From Octopus sinensis (lineage: Eukaryota), in assembly GCF_006345805.1 (NCBI RefSeq), contig NC_042997.1, positions 202,616,001-202,680,000 of the forward strand: 64,000 bases of DNA, written 5' to 3'. Below, piece by piece: positions 1 through 13,700 of this stretch (its first letter is position 1; every line of letters starts with the position of its first letter). The notes under the pieces were generated by a model. It did no database searches. It was given only the letters and a program-made list of their open reading frames with translations, and was not told where the DNA came from. The position numbers and the translations under genes are program-made.

Positions 1-3000
1 TCCCTTTATAGTAGTGGAACGTTAACGTTCTATGAAGTTCCTCCCACTACAGTCTTCTTCTGACCACGTATGTGGCAGCTAACCAGTTGTCATTGCAATG
101 CTGTAAGACAAAATGTTCTCAGTTGTACATTGTGGGCATTTCAATTATAACAACTATTTCAGTAGCTACAGAAAAATATTAATATGATGAGCTATCAAAT
201 AACGAATAATGAGTCATATACTTGTTTATTCCTGTTGTGAAATTAGAGGTCGCATGAGGACTACAAATGAGGATCGAACCAATCAGTTTATAGTAAGACT
301 TGGTACTTACGGATATGGTTATATTCATTTATTCATAATACTTGCTGTATTTGTTGGTACTGTAGTAGTTGATAAGCAATTCAGGCTATATAATTATCTG
401 AAACTTACAAAAGTCCACTGAACATATGTTAAGCGTTGTTTACACGATTTCCTCTATAACAAGTAGTAATTGTGGTAAGCTATATAGACAATAGATAAGA
501 CCTGTTATCTGAGTAGTATTGTTGACAGCCTGGCATTAGCATAAATAATGGTGGAAATATGAAAATTATGTGAAGTAGATATGCTAAACTAATATAACAT
601 ATTGTTAATATTGTCTGTTGCAGTAGGTTTAACCCGTGAGTTGAGAATTATGTTCTATTTGCAACTAAAGAAGATTAAGTATGCATTAGTTGAAGCCTAA
701 ACAAACAATTTTTTTTTTCCATTCTAACATAAGTGGCAATAATTTTAAAATATTGTCCCCAGACATTTCTCGCTTTCAAATTTGGCATTTGAAAAATTGC
801 TAAACTGTAAACTAGTTGCCCTAACAATTGTTTAAAAGAAACTTTACACTTTGTATATATATATATATATATATATATAGGTTATATTGGCACAGTAGTT
901 TAACAAATTACCTAAGCTTTGGTCAAGAGTTATGTACCTTCTCTAAGCCTAGTGACAGCTAATCTCAGTGGAACATTTAAAAGAAAAGAACAAGATGGAG
1001 ATTGTTATAGGATACTACAGGATTTTTAATATTAGGGATAGATGAGTTGGTGATTGCATTGACATTATTTGATTCTCTTACAGACAAAAGTGAATAAGTT
1101 TTTGGGTTTTTTTTTCCTTGTTTACTTAGGATCACATAGTATGTTTACTTGGTGAAAATATTTTAGAGATCTAAAATGGGATATATGTGAAATTTGACCT
1201 CTGGAAATTGGTGCAAGTAATGTGAAGTTAGATAAATTGGCAATAAAATGTTGACTGCATTAAAACAGTTAAATGTTACTTCTTTTAACAACACTTAGTA
1301 TAGCTTTAATCATGTTTTGCTATGTAACAAATATGAATATCTTGATTATTATAGCAGAAACAATGATGACTTGAACAATGATTTGCTCAACATAGTTAAT
1401 AGTTCCTTCTGTTACTTAATTGACATAATCGATGTTGAAGGAGACTAACTGAAATAAAGAGCAGGTAGTAACAAAGAAGCTAAAATTTCTTTTGAGAAAA
1501 CAAATATTTATCCAAATTTTGTCTGAATTTCTGATATAAAGAATTATTATTATTGGCTGATATATTAAGGCAAGTGTACTCATCCTGGTTGTTATAGTCA
1601 CAAAATTTTAGCAGTTATAACCTTTTATCATTATCATCATCATTTAATGTCCGTTTTCCATGCTAGCATGGGTTGGACGGTTTGACTGGGGACTGGCAAA
1701 CCAGGAGGCCGCATCAGGCACTAATCTGGTCTGGTGGTGTTTCTACAGCTGGATGCCCTTCCTAACGCTACTTTTTTTTGTTTTTTAGCATGTTATATTT
1801 GGAATAGACTCCTTTAATCAATCCACAAGGTAAATTAATTATTCTCATTCGGTTGTTACCCATATATCCAAGGAAGGAGATTACAATGACCATAACCAAG
1901 ATTAGGAATCTAGTTCAATTATATCAGTAAATCATAAGAGGCCATACAAAATGGGGATGGTACTGAAGCACGTCATGTTGAGCTGTGTGTAGAAATATAG
2001 AAATGTAATATAAATAATCAATGAGAATAGATGAAAATTGAGTTTAGAGAAATGACACAAAAATGGTGTCAAATGCTTTACAAGAGATGTTTTTTTGCCT
2101 TTTAGGTGTGGCATAATTGTAACTTATGTTTATGTGGACTTTTTTCTTCTTTTTTTTTTTGCATTGAAATTAATGGATGAATATACTTGGCTAAGCAAGT
2201 TGCACAAACTAATCCTTTGTACAAATGAATCATTTGTATGGAGACAATCAATTCACGTTACACTTCATTTTTCTTATTGTCAGATACATATTTTCTTTTT
2301 CGTTTGATCGAATCTATTCCACCAGACCACCAAAGTAGGTTAGTTTTTATACAAAAAAATCACTCAGAAGCAAGAAAGGTTTTCTTTTTTAAATGTTTAT
2401 GTTACTCTCTTAAATATAAAGAGAAATATGCTTTGTCATGAAATGACATTTATTTTTCTGATTCCCTCCTCCCTGAAATAGAAAATATATACTTCAAACA
2501 GATTTATGGTTTACATCAGTTTCCAGTAAATATATCCTTAGTATTTTAATTTCTAAAGAAATAATTATGCAAATTTTTACAATATTAGAAGACTTAAAAC
2601 TAAAGATTATCATACAACATAAACTGGCTTTTTGTAGAAATGCTGATACATAGAAGTCAAGCTAAACATTATTTTTCCCTTTATCCCTTTACAATGATAA
2701 TTTTTTCTGGTAAAACTTACATAATAGAACATGCTGTTTGTTGTCTTCTTGTCACTAATTACACCTTGCATACATGTTAACTAGGATCAATTAGTTTCTC
2801 TTATAATTTAGATAACCACTAATTTGTAATCTAATATTTTGACTATATCAAAGATAATAATTTCTTTTTTGAAATGGACTTGTTATATATTTTAATTATC
2901 CTTTCACTCTCTTAATACTCAAATTGATTCTAAGCTAATCCACCTAGTGCTAATACTTCAGGTTTAGTGATTATATATTTTTTATTATTAATGTGAGAAT

Positions 3001-5022
3001 TGTCAAAGAAAGAAAATTAATTATATGTCTTTGTGTTGAATTAAGTACTACATACAATCATTATTGCATATTTTCCTGTCTTTTATTCCTAGGAGTTGTG
3101 TGCCACCAAGCACAGGCAGACTTGCTTATATTGTCTTCGTTTTTTTCTTAGTCTTGTCTAAATATAACGTCAGTTGGAATGTTTGCAGATGACAGGCATT
3201 CCTTTCAATGTACCTAGCTTCAGGTTGCTTTGTCCTTCAAAACTGGTTATCTCTAGTCACTGCAGGAAGCTAAACCATCATAGACCTCTCTCTATCCAAT
3301 AACATTATCTGCAACTAATAAATCTAGGTATCCTTTAACTATGGCAACAGTTGCTGACTGAGACTTGCTAGTCATGGCACTGTCATTAGGAATAAGACTG
3401 GAATTGGCTTCATTACCACTGAGCAGATCTCTGTGTATGCAAATGTGCTCTTTATCATGAAAAGATAAATCCTGAAATTGCAGGAAGTTCACAGAGGAAA
3501 GTTAGCCAGGTAGCTGAGGAAAATCATTTTTAAAAAATGATTTCATTGTTCCCATTTTGAGTTCGAGAAAATATTTCATTTTTATCTTTTAACATCCACT
3601 ATTCCATGCTTGCATGGGTCAGACAAAATTTGTTGTGGCAGATTTTCTATGGACTGATGCATTTTTGTCACCAACGCTCGTTTATCGCAGGATGTCAACC
3701 TAAGGGAGATAACCACACACGACAGGGTTTTTTTTTTTCAGTTTGCATGTGTCAAATCCACTAAAGGCTTTTTTGGTCAGCCCAAGGCTATTGGTGCTTA
3801 CCTAAGAAATCTATAACCTTTATGAGCACAAAACCATGTTGTTGGGAAGTGAACTTCTTTACCACATGGCCATGGCCAGCCAATTTCAAATATGTATGTA
3901 TTTCTAGAGCAGGGTTTTATTTACTGTGAACTCGAGATTTGTTTTCAGTTATGATCTGTTCAAAAATCATTTACAACAGTTCCAGAAGATGCAGCTACCA
4001 TTAACAACTACTCCATTTCTTGGTATCCTTGAGCTTAGTGTCATAACTACTGCTTACATTTGTAAACTTGGACATAGAGAGCTAAGTTCCAAGCTTCAGT
4101 ATCATCTTTGTATACAGAGTGCTAGATTAGGTTATTGATTACCATTTTGATCCATTATTGCAAGATCATTAGCATGTAACAGCTGTCAAGGACACTTATC
4201 CCTGATTTTTGTGAGTATATCTCAATAATAATGAAGGGCATGGACTTTAAAAGTCCTCACATCAAAACAGGACTAAATAGGTTTTGTATATTGTTTGCAT
4301 TAATTCTGACCATCCATTCTGTTATATCTCTTAAATCTTCTCATGTTTTATCAAATTACATCTCTTGACACCCAATCAACATTTTTTGTAGATCAAAATA
4401 TGTGATGGAAAACTTTTCAAAAGTGCTTCTTGTGAAGGCTTCATTGCTTGTGTCAGTTTAACACACCTTTTCAACTGAACAGTTTTATACAAGAACAATT
4501 TGATTTTGAAGACAGACATACTACCTTCAATACAAATGGTTAAAAAAATATTGTTGACCCTGTATAAGTTGTTTTATTGATCCAGCATTTTAAAGTAAAG
4601 CAATAGAATTTAGCTGCTTTAAAAATTGTAATACAAAGAATGTAACTATAGTTAATGTTAAAATAAATATTTCTCCCTCCCACCTTCTCTTTCTCTCTCT
4701 GAGTAAGAATTGGAAATATCTTTCTATATTGTTTAATATTAATTAAGAATATATTGTTTCTTTGCTACTTTCATGATTACCTGCCATATAATTTGTTGAA
4801 ATATTAACTACACTGTTTGCTTTGTAAGACAATTGGTTAAGATGTTTAAGTTTGCGAATTTCTTTTTTCTGCATTACATGTGTTCTTAAATTCATTTGAT
4901 TAATTGATAATAACTAGCTTTATTTAATGTTGTTAATGCCAAATTTTACTGTAAATGAAAAAAAAAATGTTTCTTAAATATTACTTTACATAATTCTCTT
5001 ATTTGTTTGTTTATTGTTTCAG

Positions 5023-8000
5023 GGAAAATAGGAATTTAAGCCAACAGGGAACTGTGTTGAAAATGAGTCAAAAATCAGATGGAAAATTAATTTCTAAACC
5101 AGTTGATGCTCAACTCTTTAATGTTGATCTGTCTTCTGTTCCACTGCCACCTGCAGCAGCAGCGGCAGAAACTGTCGTTGAAGACACTTCGTTTTCATCA
5201 CAAAATCAAACTGTGGCTTTCACAAAGAAAAAGTACAATGATGAGTGTAATTCCTCAAAAAGTATGTCCAATATTCTACCTCCATCTTCACTTTCATCTA
5301 CAAGTTCCAGTTCTACAACCACAAGAATTCATTTGCCTTTTACATCAAGTGGATTGTCATTATCTAGTGATGTATCACAAATATCTACAACTTCAGTACC
5401 ACAACCAGTGCCCCCTCCTGTGTCTATGCCAATGACATCAGTTTCCACATTGCCGCCATTACCGCTAACACCTGTACCCCCTGTTCCACCACCTCCAGTC
5501 TTACCAGCAACACCTTCTTTAGATCTATCAAATTTTCAAACACAAATTATGGTACAGCATAATAACAGTAACAATGTAGTATCTTCTTCAACTCCATACA
5601 TTGATAGTATGGATAAAGAAACAACACATTCTATGAAAAAAGATACCATAGACATAACGAAATCTCTATCATCACCGGACGCTCAAAAGGATTCTAAATC
5701 TGATAAAAATCATATATTAGCAAAAACCCCTAATAGAATCACTCGATTTTCACTGAAGTCACCTGATGGTGGTGGCAAACCAAAAGTTTCGTTCCAGATA
5801 AAACGTAAAAATAGACCTATTGTTGGTGATAAAACAGAATCTATTGTTGAGGAAGAAGATGTAATCAACAGTAACCCTGGACAGTTTGTCACCAGAAAGA
5901 GAGAAATGTTTAAACCAGCTGAAGTTGAGTCTGTAGCAGCTCAGCAAATTGCATTAATCAAAAGTTTAGGAATTTTGGAAAATGTTCAAAAGAAAGCTCA
6001 AACATCACCCACAGGTCTGGAAACAGAACCATCTTTATTAACAACAGATCGAACTTCTCCTAGTGACAAAACAGTAGATAAAACTTTACTAAATAAAGTA
6101 AGTGATAAAATATCAGAAATATCTCTTTTAGGGAAAGAGGAGGAAAAGCAATCATTGGATGACAAATCGCAAGAGATGGCCAATGAAAAATGTACCCCAG
6201 AGAAAGTCCGTGAACAATTTTCTCATGAAACTAGTCAAGAAAATTCAAACATTACAAATGATAAACCAAAAGAAGTTACTCCTCATGGGAGCCCAAGTGA
6301 AAATTTGAATAAAGAAAAGTTTACAGAGAAACCAGTGAGCGAGAAATCTGTTAATATAACTCCTGAAAAATCTCATGAACCTTCATCATCAACCAATCAA
6401 TCTCGTGGAAAGTCTACACGTGACAGAAGTTCAGACCATTCATCATTAGAACGAACGCATGATCGCTCAACTCGAGATAAATATGATAAGAATTCTGACA
6501 AGTCTCGTGATCGAAATACTCATGATCGTTCTGGGAGAGATAGTTCCCACGATCGTTCTATAAGAGGGCAGTCCTATGAAAGAGGGGGAAGGGAGAAATC
6601 TCAAGACAGATCAAGAGACTGGGAAAGATCACGAGATCGATCAACAAGAGATAGATCTCGTGAAAGATCATATGACAGATCATCTCGAGACAGGCGTGAT
6701 AGATCAAACAGAGATCGGTCAAATAGAGACAGGTCACGTGATCGATCAACTCGTGATAGGTCACGAGAACGATCCACCCGTGGTAGATCAAGGGACCGAT
6801 ATATGAGGGAAAAGTCTTATGAGAGATCTCCAGATGAAAGATCTTTATCTGATAAACCTTCAGATCATATAAAAAATCGTTCTGATAATTCCTACGACTA
6901 TAGAAACTCTCAGAGACGCTTTAATACTAGAGAAAGGAGAAGTCGATGGAGTGAAAGATATGATGATAATCGTTATAGTCGAACTTCTGATCGGTATAAA
7001 AGGGACACATATGACAATCGAATATCTTCTCATTATTATGATGATGATTACTATAATCGGTCGCATTATGAGGATAAAAGATCTCGCTATGATGATAGAC
7101 CTTTTTACAGCCAAGATAAACATCAGCGATCTGATGATGTTTACTCAGATCGTTATGATAGAAGAAATAGGAGAGGTTTTCATCCTTCGGAAGACAAAGT
7201 TTCTGACATAGATAGTAGTTTAAAAGATTCTAGTTCTCCAATCCGTCACTCATTTACTGGAACTAAATCATCAAGCATAGGTAGTGGAATAAATGCTATA
7301 AGTGTTCATTACAGCCAGGCCAGTGATAGTGATAGTTCCCCTGTCCATAACTTAGATGGAATGAAGCAATATAATCAGCTACAGTATAGTTCTTCCAGTG
7401 TAGTTGTATCTAGTACAAGTACAGTTCCAACAAACCAGCTGCCAGTATTTGGACAAGAACATCAAATACAAAATTACAGTAATAAATTAGATGAATGTAG
7501 TACTGCAACTAATTATAATTATGGTGATTCAACACCAGTCCGAGATGAACCAAATGATTATGAATTCAATTTTGCACAGAATTCCACTCCAGTTAATTCT
7601 TATCAGGGCTTTGGTAATCTTTATCAGCCTAATACTAATGCAATGAATTGGTTGGCTCCTCCTCTAGAACCAGCCCAAGACATTGATGTAAGCCAGAGAA
7701 TTAATAGTACAACTACTATTCCAACTGTATTAGGGGATAATTCAAGTTATCCTTCTGTTCTAAATACCAGCATGCAACAGAAAGAACATGCAAGCATAGT
7801 TCCTATTACACTTGCCTCTCAAAATATAGCAGACCCATCAAGAATTAATATGAATATTTCCAATGCTGTCACTGAACACAGAATCCCTACACTCCTAAAA
7901 GATTTCCCCAAAATCACTCATAATAACAATTCAACACAAAACTTTGCTCTAACTTCAAATGTTAATCAACTAAATTTGTCTTCTGTTTCTACTTCAACCG

Positions 8001-11000
8001 TAAGCTTGAACTCTAATATTAATCTAAATCCTTGTTTACCAAATTCAGTTGGACTGCCACCTGTTGCCATTAGTCATTTACCACCACCACCACCACCACC
8101 ACCACCACCACTACCACTACCAGCTGAAAGTAATGCAAACTTTTTAACTCGACCCTATGAAGTGAAACTTGAAAATTCAAGCTATAATGTTTTGAGTAAT
8201 TATGCATCAAGTAAAACACCTTCTCAGTCTCAACCTGTCATTCATAGTAGCAACAAAGATTTCAGTTCCTCTCAAAAGGAACAACTTCAAGCTGTTACAT
8301 CAATTGCTATTGCAGATATTACAGTAGGTAGTTTTAGTGATTCTAAAGTGTCTTTGACATCACAAAGTACTGTACAGAAACCTGTTGCACAGTTAAGTTA
8401 TTCGGCAGATAAATTGCATGTTGCAGATTCTATCACTCAGTCTCCAAAGATAGATAGTTGTCATAAACCAGGGCTTGAAAATCAATTATTAACTTCAGGC
8501 ATTTCTGTAAAATCCACAGACTCTTCTGCTGAAGATTACAATAAATATTTTTCTTTGATAAGCAAACAAACATCCCAAATGAAGACAGTTGATGAACCAG
8601 CTCTACCAGTAACAAATTTAGCTCTTGAACATGTCCCAATCATAGAATCTTCTCATATAATTGAACCTGCTGAGACTAAGCAGAGAACATTAGTCAGTAG
8701 CCATTTAGGAGAAGCAGAAGTTAGTTCCTCTGACTATTTATTGACAGAGCAATCAACGAAACTGGCAGTTAAAACAGAACAACCTTCACTTGAACAGTGT
8801 ATACCAGACTCTGACTGTACTGATCAGAAGAAAGGTAAAATTAACGAAACTGATATTAAAAATGAAAGTCAAGAGAAGAGAGTTCCTGCTGTTGTAAACA
8901 CAACAGATAGTCTTTGCCTAAAAGATAACTTTGAAGAAGAACTAATGGAAGTTGATTCTCCTGAAAGTTCTTGCTACATTGAGACAAACTTTAATATGTC
9001 TTCTGCTCCGAACGACAACCAAGGACAAACAGCTGACAATCGTGACGACCGTTCTATCATTTCCACTTCATGTAGCAATAGTCAGATTCAAGATATACAA
9101 ACTGAAGTTCCACATGGAAAAACTGAAAATAAAGTTTATCTGAAGTCGGATTGCAAAGTAACAGATAGTTCAACGCTATCAAATCGAGAAAATGAAATTT
9201 CTTCTAGTGATATGCAGAAAACAAGCTGTGATATTCTTAACTCTGAGAACACTATTACTACAACTGGTAATGAAGAGAAAATCAAATTCTCTTCTCCAGA
9301 TTTGTCAAATTCAGTGACAATTAGTAAATACTCAGAAAGCTCTCGTCAGGCATCTACTGACAACAAACACATAAAATTTCAGCATGTCATTCGTAGTATT
9401 ACCACAGACACTACTTATTCAGTTGATGTCACATCATCTGATGAAAAATTCCCCAAAATAAACAAACCAAAATTTCACGCTCTTCAGAAAGATAGACAAA
9501 ATATTCCAAAATTGGACACTTTATCTCCGAAGAATACTAGTCAGATCATTTCAAGTGGGAAAGAAATTAAGAGTGGCAAGGTTAGTGGTAGCAGACCAAC
9601 ATCACGCTGGGATGTTTCTAATCCATCTCAAAGCAAGAACAGTGATATTGCAAAGTCATCTTCTGTTGCTACTTCAAGTGAAGTACAAAGTTCCAAATTA
9701 CTGAATCAGAATATTTTTGAAATAATTGGTGAATCTAAAAATATTTTTCAGAAAGATAGTCAGAATCTTGTGTCTGTAACAAATACTAAAGTTGGTCAAG
9801 TAAGTGTACTGAAGGAGAGTGAGACTGTTAAAGAACAGACCATTTCAGTATTCCATGAAAGTCTTGAATCTGAATACCAAGATAAGGTTAGTAAGAGCCA
9901 ATTGCCCAGCGTGAAGAAAGAAGAAAAGTTAAAAGTTGAACCAATACTTGAGCAGCCGTTCAAAGATACAGTGTTGTTGGAAACACAAGAACCTGTAAAT
10001 GTTGAATTATCCAAAGTAAACGAGTTAAATGAATCAAAAGAGCCAACCGTACTAAGTTCAAATGAAGTTTCAGTAAATAGTAGTGACCAGCTTAAAGGAA
10101 AGAAGGAGGAAAACACTGAGGTGGCTGCAGAACAAACTAACGAAGAAGAGCTATTGGCAAGAAATGTTGATACCGTTTCATCTAAGACTGAACAGGCAAG
10201 TGAGATCAGTGTTAGTGAGGATACTGCAGAATGTTCTACACTTGCAGAAACCAGTGTAAGAAATGAAGACTGCAGTAGTAAAGATGAGGGCATTGAGTCA
10301 CCAAATCAAGAAAAATCTGTTAAGGGTAGTAAAAGATCTGAGAGTGTGTCTCAGACATGTCTAACTCCTGCACCCAGAAGAAGCGGCCGCATTCGATCAT
10401 TAGAAGAGAAGAGAGTTCGTGAGAAAGAAGGGAAAAAAGAGAAAGATTGCCGTACAAAGAAGGACAAGAAAGAGGTGAAGACAGATAAAGAAGCTGAAGA
10501 TAAGGAGAAGCTTGTTCACGAAGATAAAAATATCGATGATCCAGGAACGAAGGATAATTCCATAAAAGAAGAGTTAGCAAAAGAAGCTGATGAGAGAAAA
10601 GAACGAGAGGGTAGACGAACTAGAAACCGAGCCAGCAACAAAGAAGAGGAGGATCTAAAGGAAGAGATGGATAAAAAACGTCGAGATCTTAACAACAGAC
10701 AGGTAAAAGAGGACACCAAGAAAGTGACGGAAATAGCAAAAGAGAAGCCAAAACGTCTTACTCGAAACAAAAAGCTTTTGGAGCCTGAAAAGACTAAATC
10801 AGATCAGATTGGATCAGAAAATGAAATTAAACAAGATGAGTGTGAAGCTGCTATATTAAATGTTGCTTCTGATTGTTCACAAACAGATACAACCTCTTCT
10901 AATTCAGTTAGCCAAATTAAAAAACCTTCGGCTGTTACAAGTAGCTATAGCCTGAACCCGACACAAAATAGTGCATCTTCTCTTCAGAAAGATTCATTCC

Positions 11001-11787
11001 AAACCACTCCTACAACTACTGACCAACCAGCCATTAATAAAGAAACAAAGAAAGAAGATTCCCTTACATCATCACGCCCCTTAAAGGTCAAGTCAAGGTG
11101 GAGAAAAACAATGGAAGCTGAGTGGTTATCAGCCAGTGCACATATATCAAGTACATCAACTGACTTGTCCAGTAGTGTTAGTACTACTATACCTACCACA
11201 CTATCACCCCAAATCTCCCCTTCTTTGCAAACATTACCATCAGCAGCTATTGTGACATCTTTGCCATCTCTGCCACAAACATTAAGCAGCCCCTCATTAC
11301 CATCTTCTTCATGTGCTCAGCCATCTGATCTTACAGTACCTTTAGGATCTCAGGCCAGTATTCATCAGACACAACCAACAACTCTTCTACAGCAAGCAAC
11401 ACCTTCGTCGCTACAGCAGCCGTCCATTCAGATCTCTTCCTCTCAGATTTCTCCTCAACAGAAATGCCAACCAGTGGTTTCAACAACATTCCAAAGTTCA
11501 GACGAAATCCTAATTAGCAGTAAGACTGCCTCAGCTAACAGCAGCATTATTGAAGATCATCGTAAGTCCTATTTACAAAAGCCAACAGTCGATACTATCT
11601 TAGAAGAAGAGGAGGAGGAAGAAGTAGAAGGGGAACGCAAAAACAAGGATGTAACTCTTCAAGAGGATGTAGCAAACCTAGTACCGTCATCGATCAAAGA
11701 TACTCCAAGTCGACCAGATGTGGAAGCGAACAAAGAAAATGATGGATCTTACGAGGAAATTACAGACAATATATATCTTACTGAAAG
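5023..11787 (+). CDS. SETD2: SETD2 giant internal exon (6,765 nt): disordered Pro/Ser-rich, RD/RS-rich and charged N-terminal region ending ...YEEITDNIYLTER
   Basis: Acceptor ttattgtttcAG (5021-5022) and donor AG|GTGAGT (11788) bound an uninterrupted ORF (track 5003..11791). C-terminal ITDNIYLTER matches the remembered human SETD2 pre-AWS motif IEENVYLTER. First in-exon ATG is at 5063; an upstream exon is required but was not found. Confidence 0.93.
8081..8122 (+). repeat. Coding (CCA)10 poly-proline tract
   Basis: HLPPPPPPPPPPLPLP in the giant exon. Confidence 0.9.
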
Positions 11788-11858
11788 GTGAGTACAAACA
11801 GAAATATATGTTTTTATCTTTGTTAATATTTATATTTTGGTGAGCTTCTGCTTATGTA

Positions 11859-13144
11859 TCGAGTCATCCCACAAGTTCTGTCCAAATATTGATTAAAGAA
11901 AACAAGTGATCATATGTTATATTTAATTGAAATGTAATCATCAATGTACTTTCCCTGATTATCTATGACTTCCTTCCATCTGTTTACAAGCTTTTTAATC
12001 CCATCAATGTAAAACTCTTTTGGTTTCAAAGCGAAGAACTCTGAAATATTAGTTTTGACCTCCTCCTGGCTTGCTAAAGTTATACCCTCCAAATGATTCT
12101 GTAAACTATGAAATAAATGGTAGTCTGAAGGAGCAAGGTTGGGAGAATAAGGTGGATGAGGAATTTTTTCCCAATCAAGCTCTTCGGTCTTTTGTGATGT
12201 GATCTTTGCAGTGTGGGGTCACGCATTGTCCTCATGAAACATCACTCCTTTTCGATTCACTAAAGCGGGTCTTTTTTTCTTCAAGGCTTGGTTCAAACGC
12301 TCTAATTGCTGATAGTAGACTTGAGCATTGATTGTTGCATTAGGTGGTAACAATTCAAAGTGAATTACTCCTTTGCAATCCCACCAGATAGAGAGAACCT
12401 TTTTCCCATGAAGTTCCCTTCTCGGTTGTAGTTGAGCTTTTTCCCTTTTACCAAGCCACTGTTTACGTTGTTTAACATTTCAATAGAAGATCCATTTTTC
12501 GTCACCAGTCACAAGTCTATCCAAAAAGGGTGAAATGAGTTTGCGAGAATGGAGAGAAGAGCAGATGTCAACTCGGGATTTGCAGTTGCTTTCAGACCAT
12601 TCATGAGGCACCCATTTTCCAAGTTTAGGAACCTTTCCAAGTTGTTGAAGATGACAACGAACAGTTGTGTGGTTTGAACTAAGCTTTATTGCCAATTATT
12701 CAAGTGATAATGCAGGATTTCCTTCAAGTAATGCCTCTAGGAGCTTATCATCAAACTCAACTGGACGTCCTGTTCAATCTTCATCTTCAAGGTTGAAATC
12801 TCCACTTCTGAATTTTGCAAACCATCTTCTGCAAGTTCTTTCATTCAAGCATTCTTTCCCATAAACTGAGTGTATGTTTCAAATCGCTTTGGCTGCAGAG
12901 TTTCCTTTTTTGTACTCATAAAGCATTATGTGCCTCAAATGCTCTTTGGATACTTCCATATTAGAAAGGGTTTTAATCAAAGAAATTTTAATTCTATTAT
13001 TCTGTAAAATAATATTTAATTAGTTTAAATGTACACAAATACATAAAAATAAATTTTAATTCCATTAGACATTCTAAAATACTATTAAATGTTATTCAAT
13101 GTTAAAAAAGGTAAAATCGGACAGAACTTATTGGGATGACCTGA
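11859..13144 (-). mobile_element. Full-length (1,286 bp) defective mariner (DD34D) transposon
   Basis: TA target duplications (11857-58, 13145-46); ~26-bp TIRs TC(GA/AG)GTCATCCCA..AAGTTCTGTCC; size typical of mariner. Confidence 0.92.
11910..12959 (-). pseudogene. Mariner transposase pseudogene
   Basis: MEVSKEHLRHIMLYEYKKG start; WVPHE, VTGDEKW, HEDNA*PH and YSPNLAPSDYHLF motifs; several in-frame stops, three being TGA at positions where CGA (Arg) would be expected. Confidence 0.92.
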
Positions 13145-13329
13145 TACATTGGTAAATGTAAGTAATGGTGGTTACAATGAGGGATTCTAAAATATGAAAT
13201 GTTTATTTTTAAGGTTCAGTCAGTGAAATGTCATTGAAAATTCATAGGTCCACTAAGTTGTGTTTGTAAAGATTAGGCACTACATCAAAATACAAGGAAA
13301 TATACTTAATTCTTATAACAATATGGCTG

Positions 13330-13700
13330 ACAGTTATTTTGAAGTTTTGGCTTTATAGCCTTCATCAGGCTGTAAATAACTTTGGTTTTCTTAGTCTTGT
13401 AGCTTTTTTTTTAAAGGGTTCATCTTGTGAGAGAACCAAAGTAAATGGAAAGTGGTTGTGTATATTTTTATTGGTATAGCTTTATGGTTGATTTGATTGG
13501 GTAGGTAGAAACTACTTTATTAGGAAAAAGAAGTAGCAATAGAATAAGGATGAGTGGAAGAAGGAATGGTGAAGATTTTTTTCTGGTTTGTCAGCTGAAT
13601 CTATGTAGAGACTATTTGAGTGGTTAAAGGGATTATGTTATTCATTCGGTCATGTATGTAAATAGACTGAAAGTGAACTGAAATATATTTTGATCTTAAT
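13330..13700 (-). mobile_element. Possible decayed Penelope-like element 3' end with degenerate hammerhead motif
   Basis: Minus strand CTGATGAAGGCTATAAAGCCAAAAC resembles the minimal PLE hammerhead core with a G12>A change; upstream remnant KHNPFNHSNSLY only loosely resembles a PLE ORF end. Confidence 0.35.

Noticed and set aside
11-50. Small hairpin/palindrome (GTAGTGG...CCACTAC enclosing GAACGTTAACGTTC)
   Set aside because: Short, at the window edge, with no context to assign a function.
3093-3509. Possible upstream SETD2 exon (strong acceptor at 3091-92, donor CAG|GTAGCT at 3510)
   Set aside because: Stop codon in the required frame 14 codons before the donor; could be 5' UTR but is unsupported without transcripts.
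9796-10770. Antisense ORFs overlapping the giant exon (also 63357-63707)
   Set aside because: Shadow frames of low-complexity coding sequence with no recognisable domain.
11859-13144. SETMAR-like SET-mariner fusion
   Set aside because: The transposase is antisense, upstream of the SET domain and full of stops.
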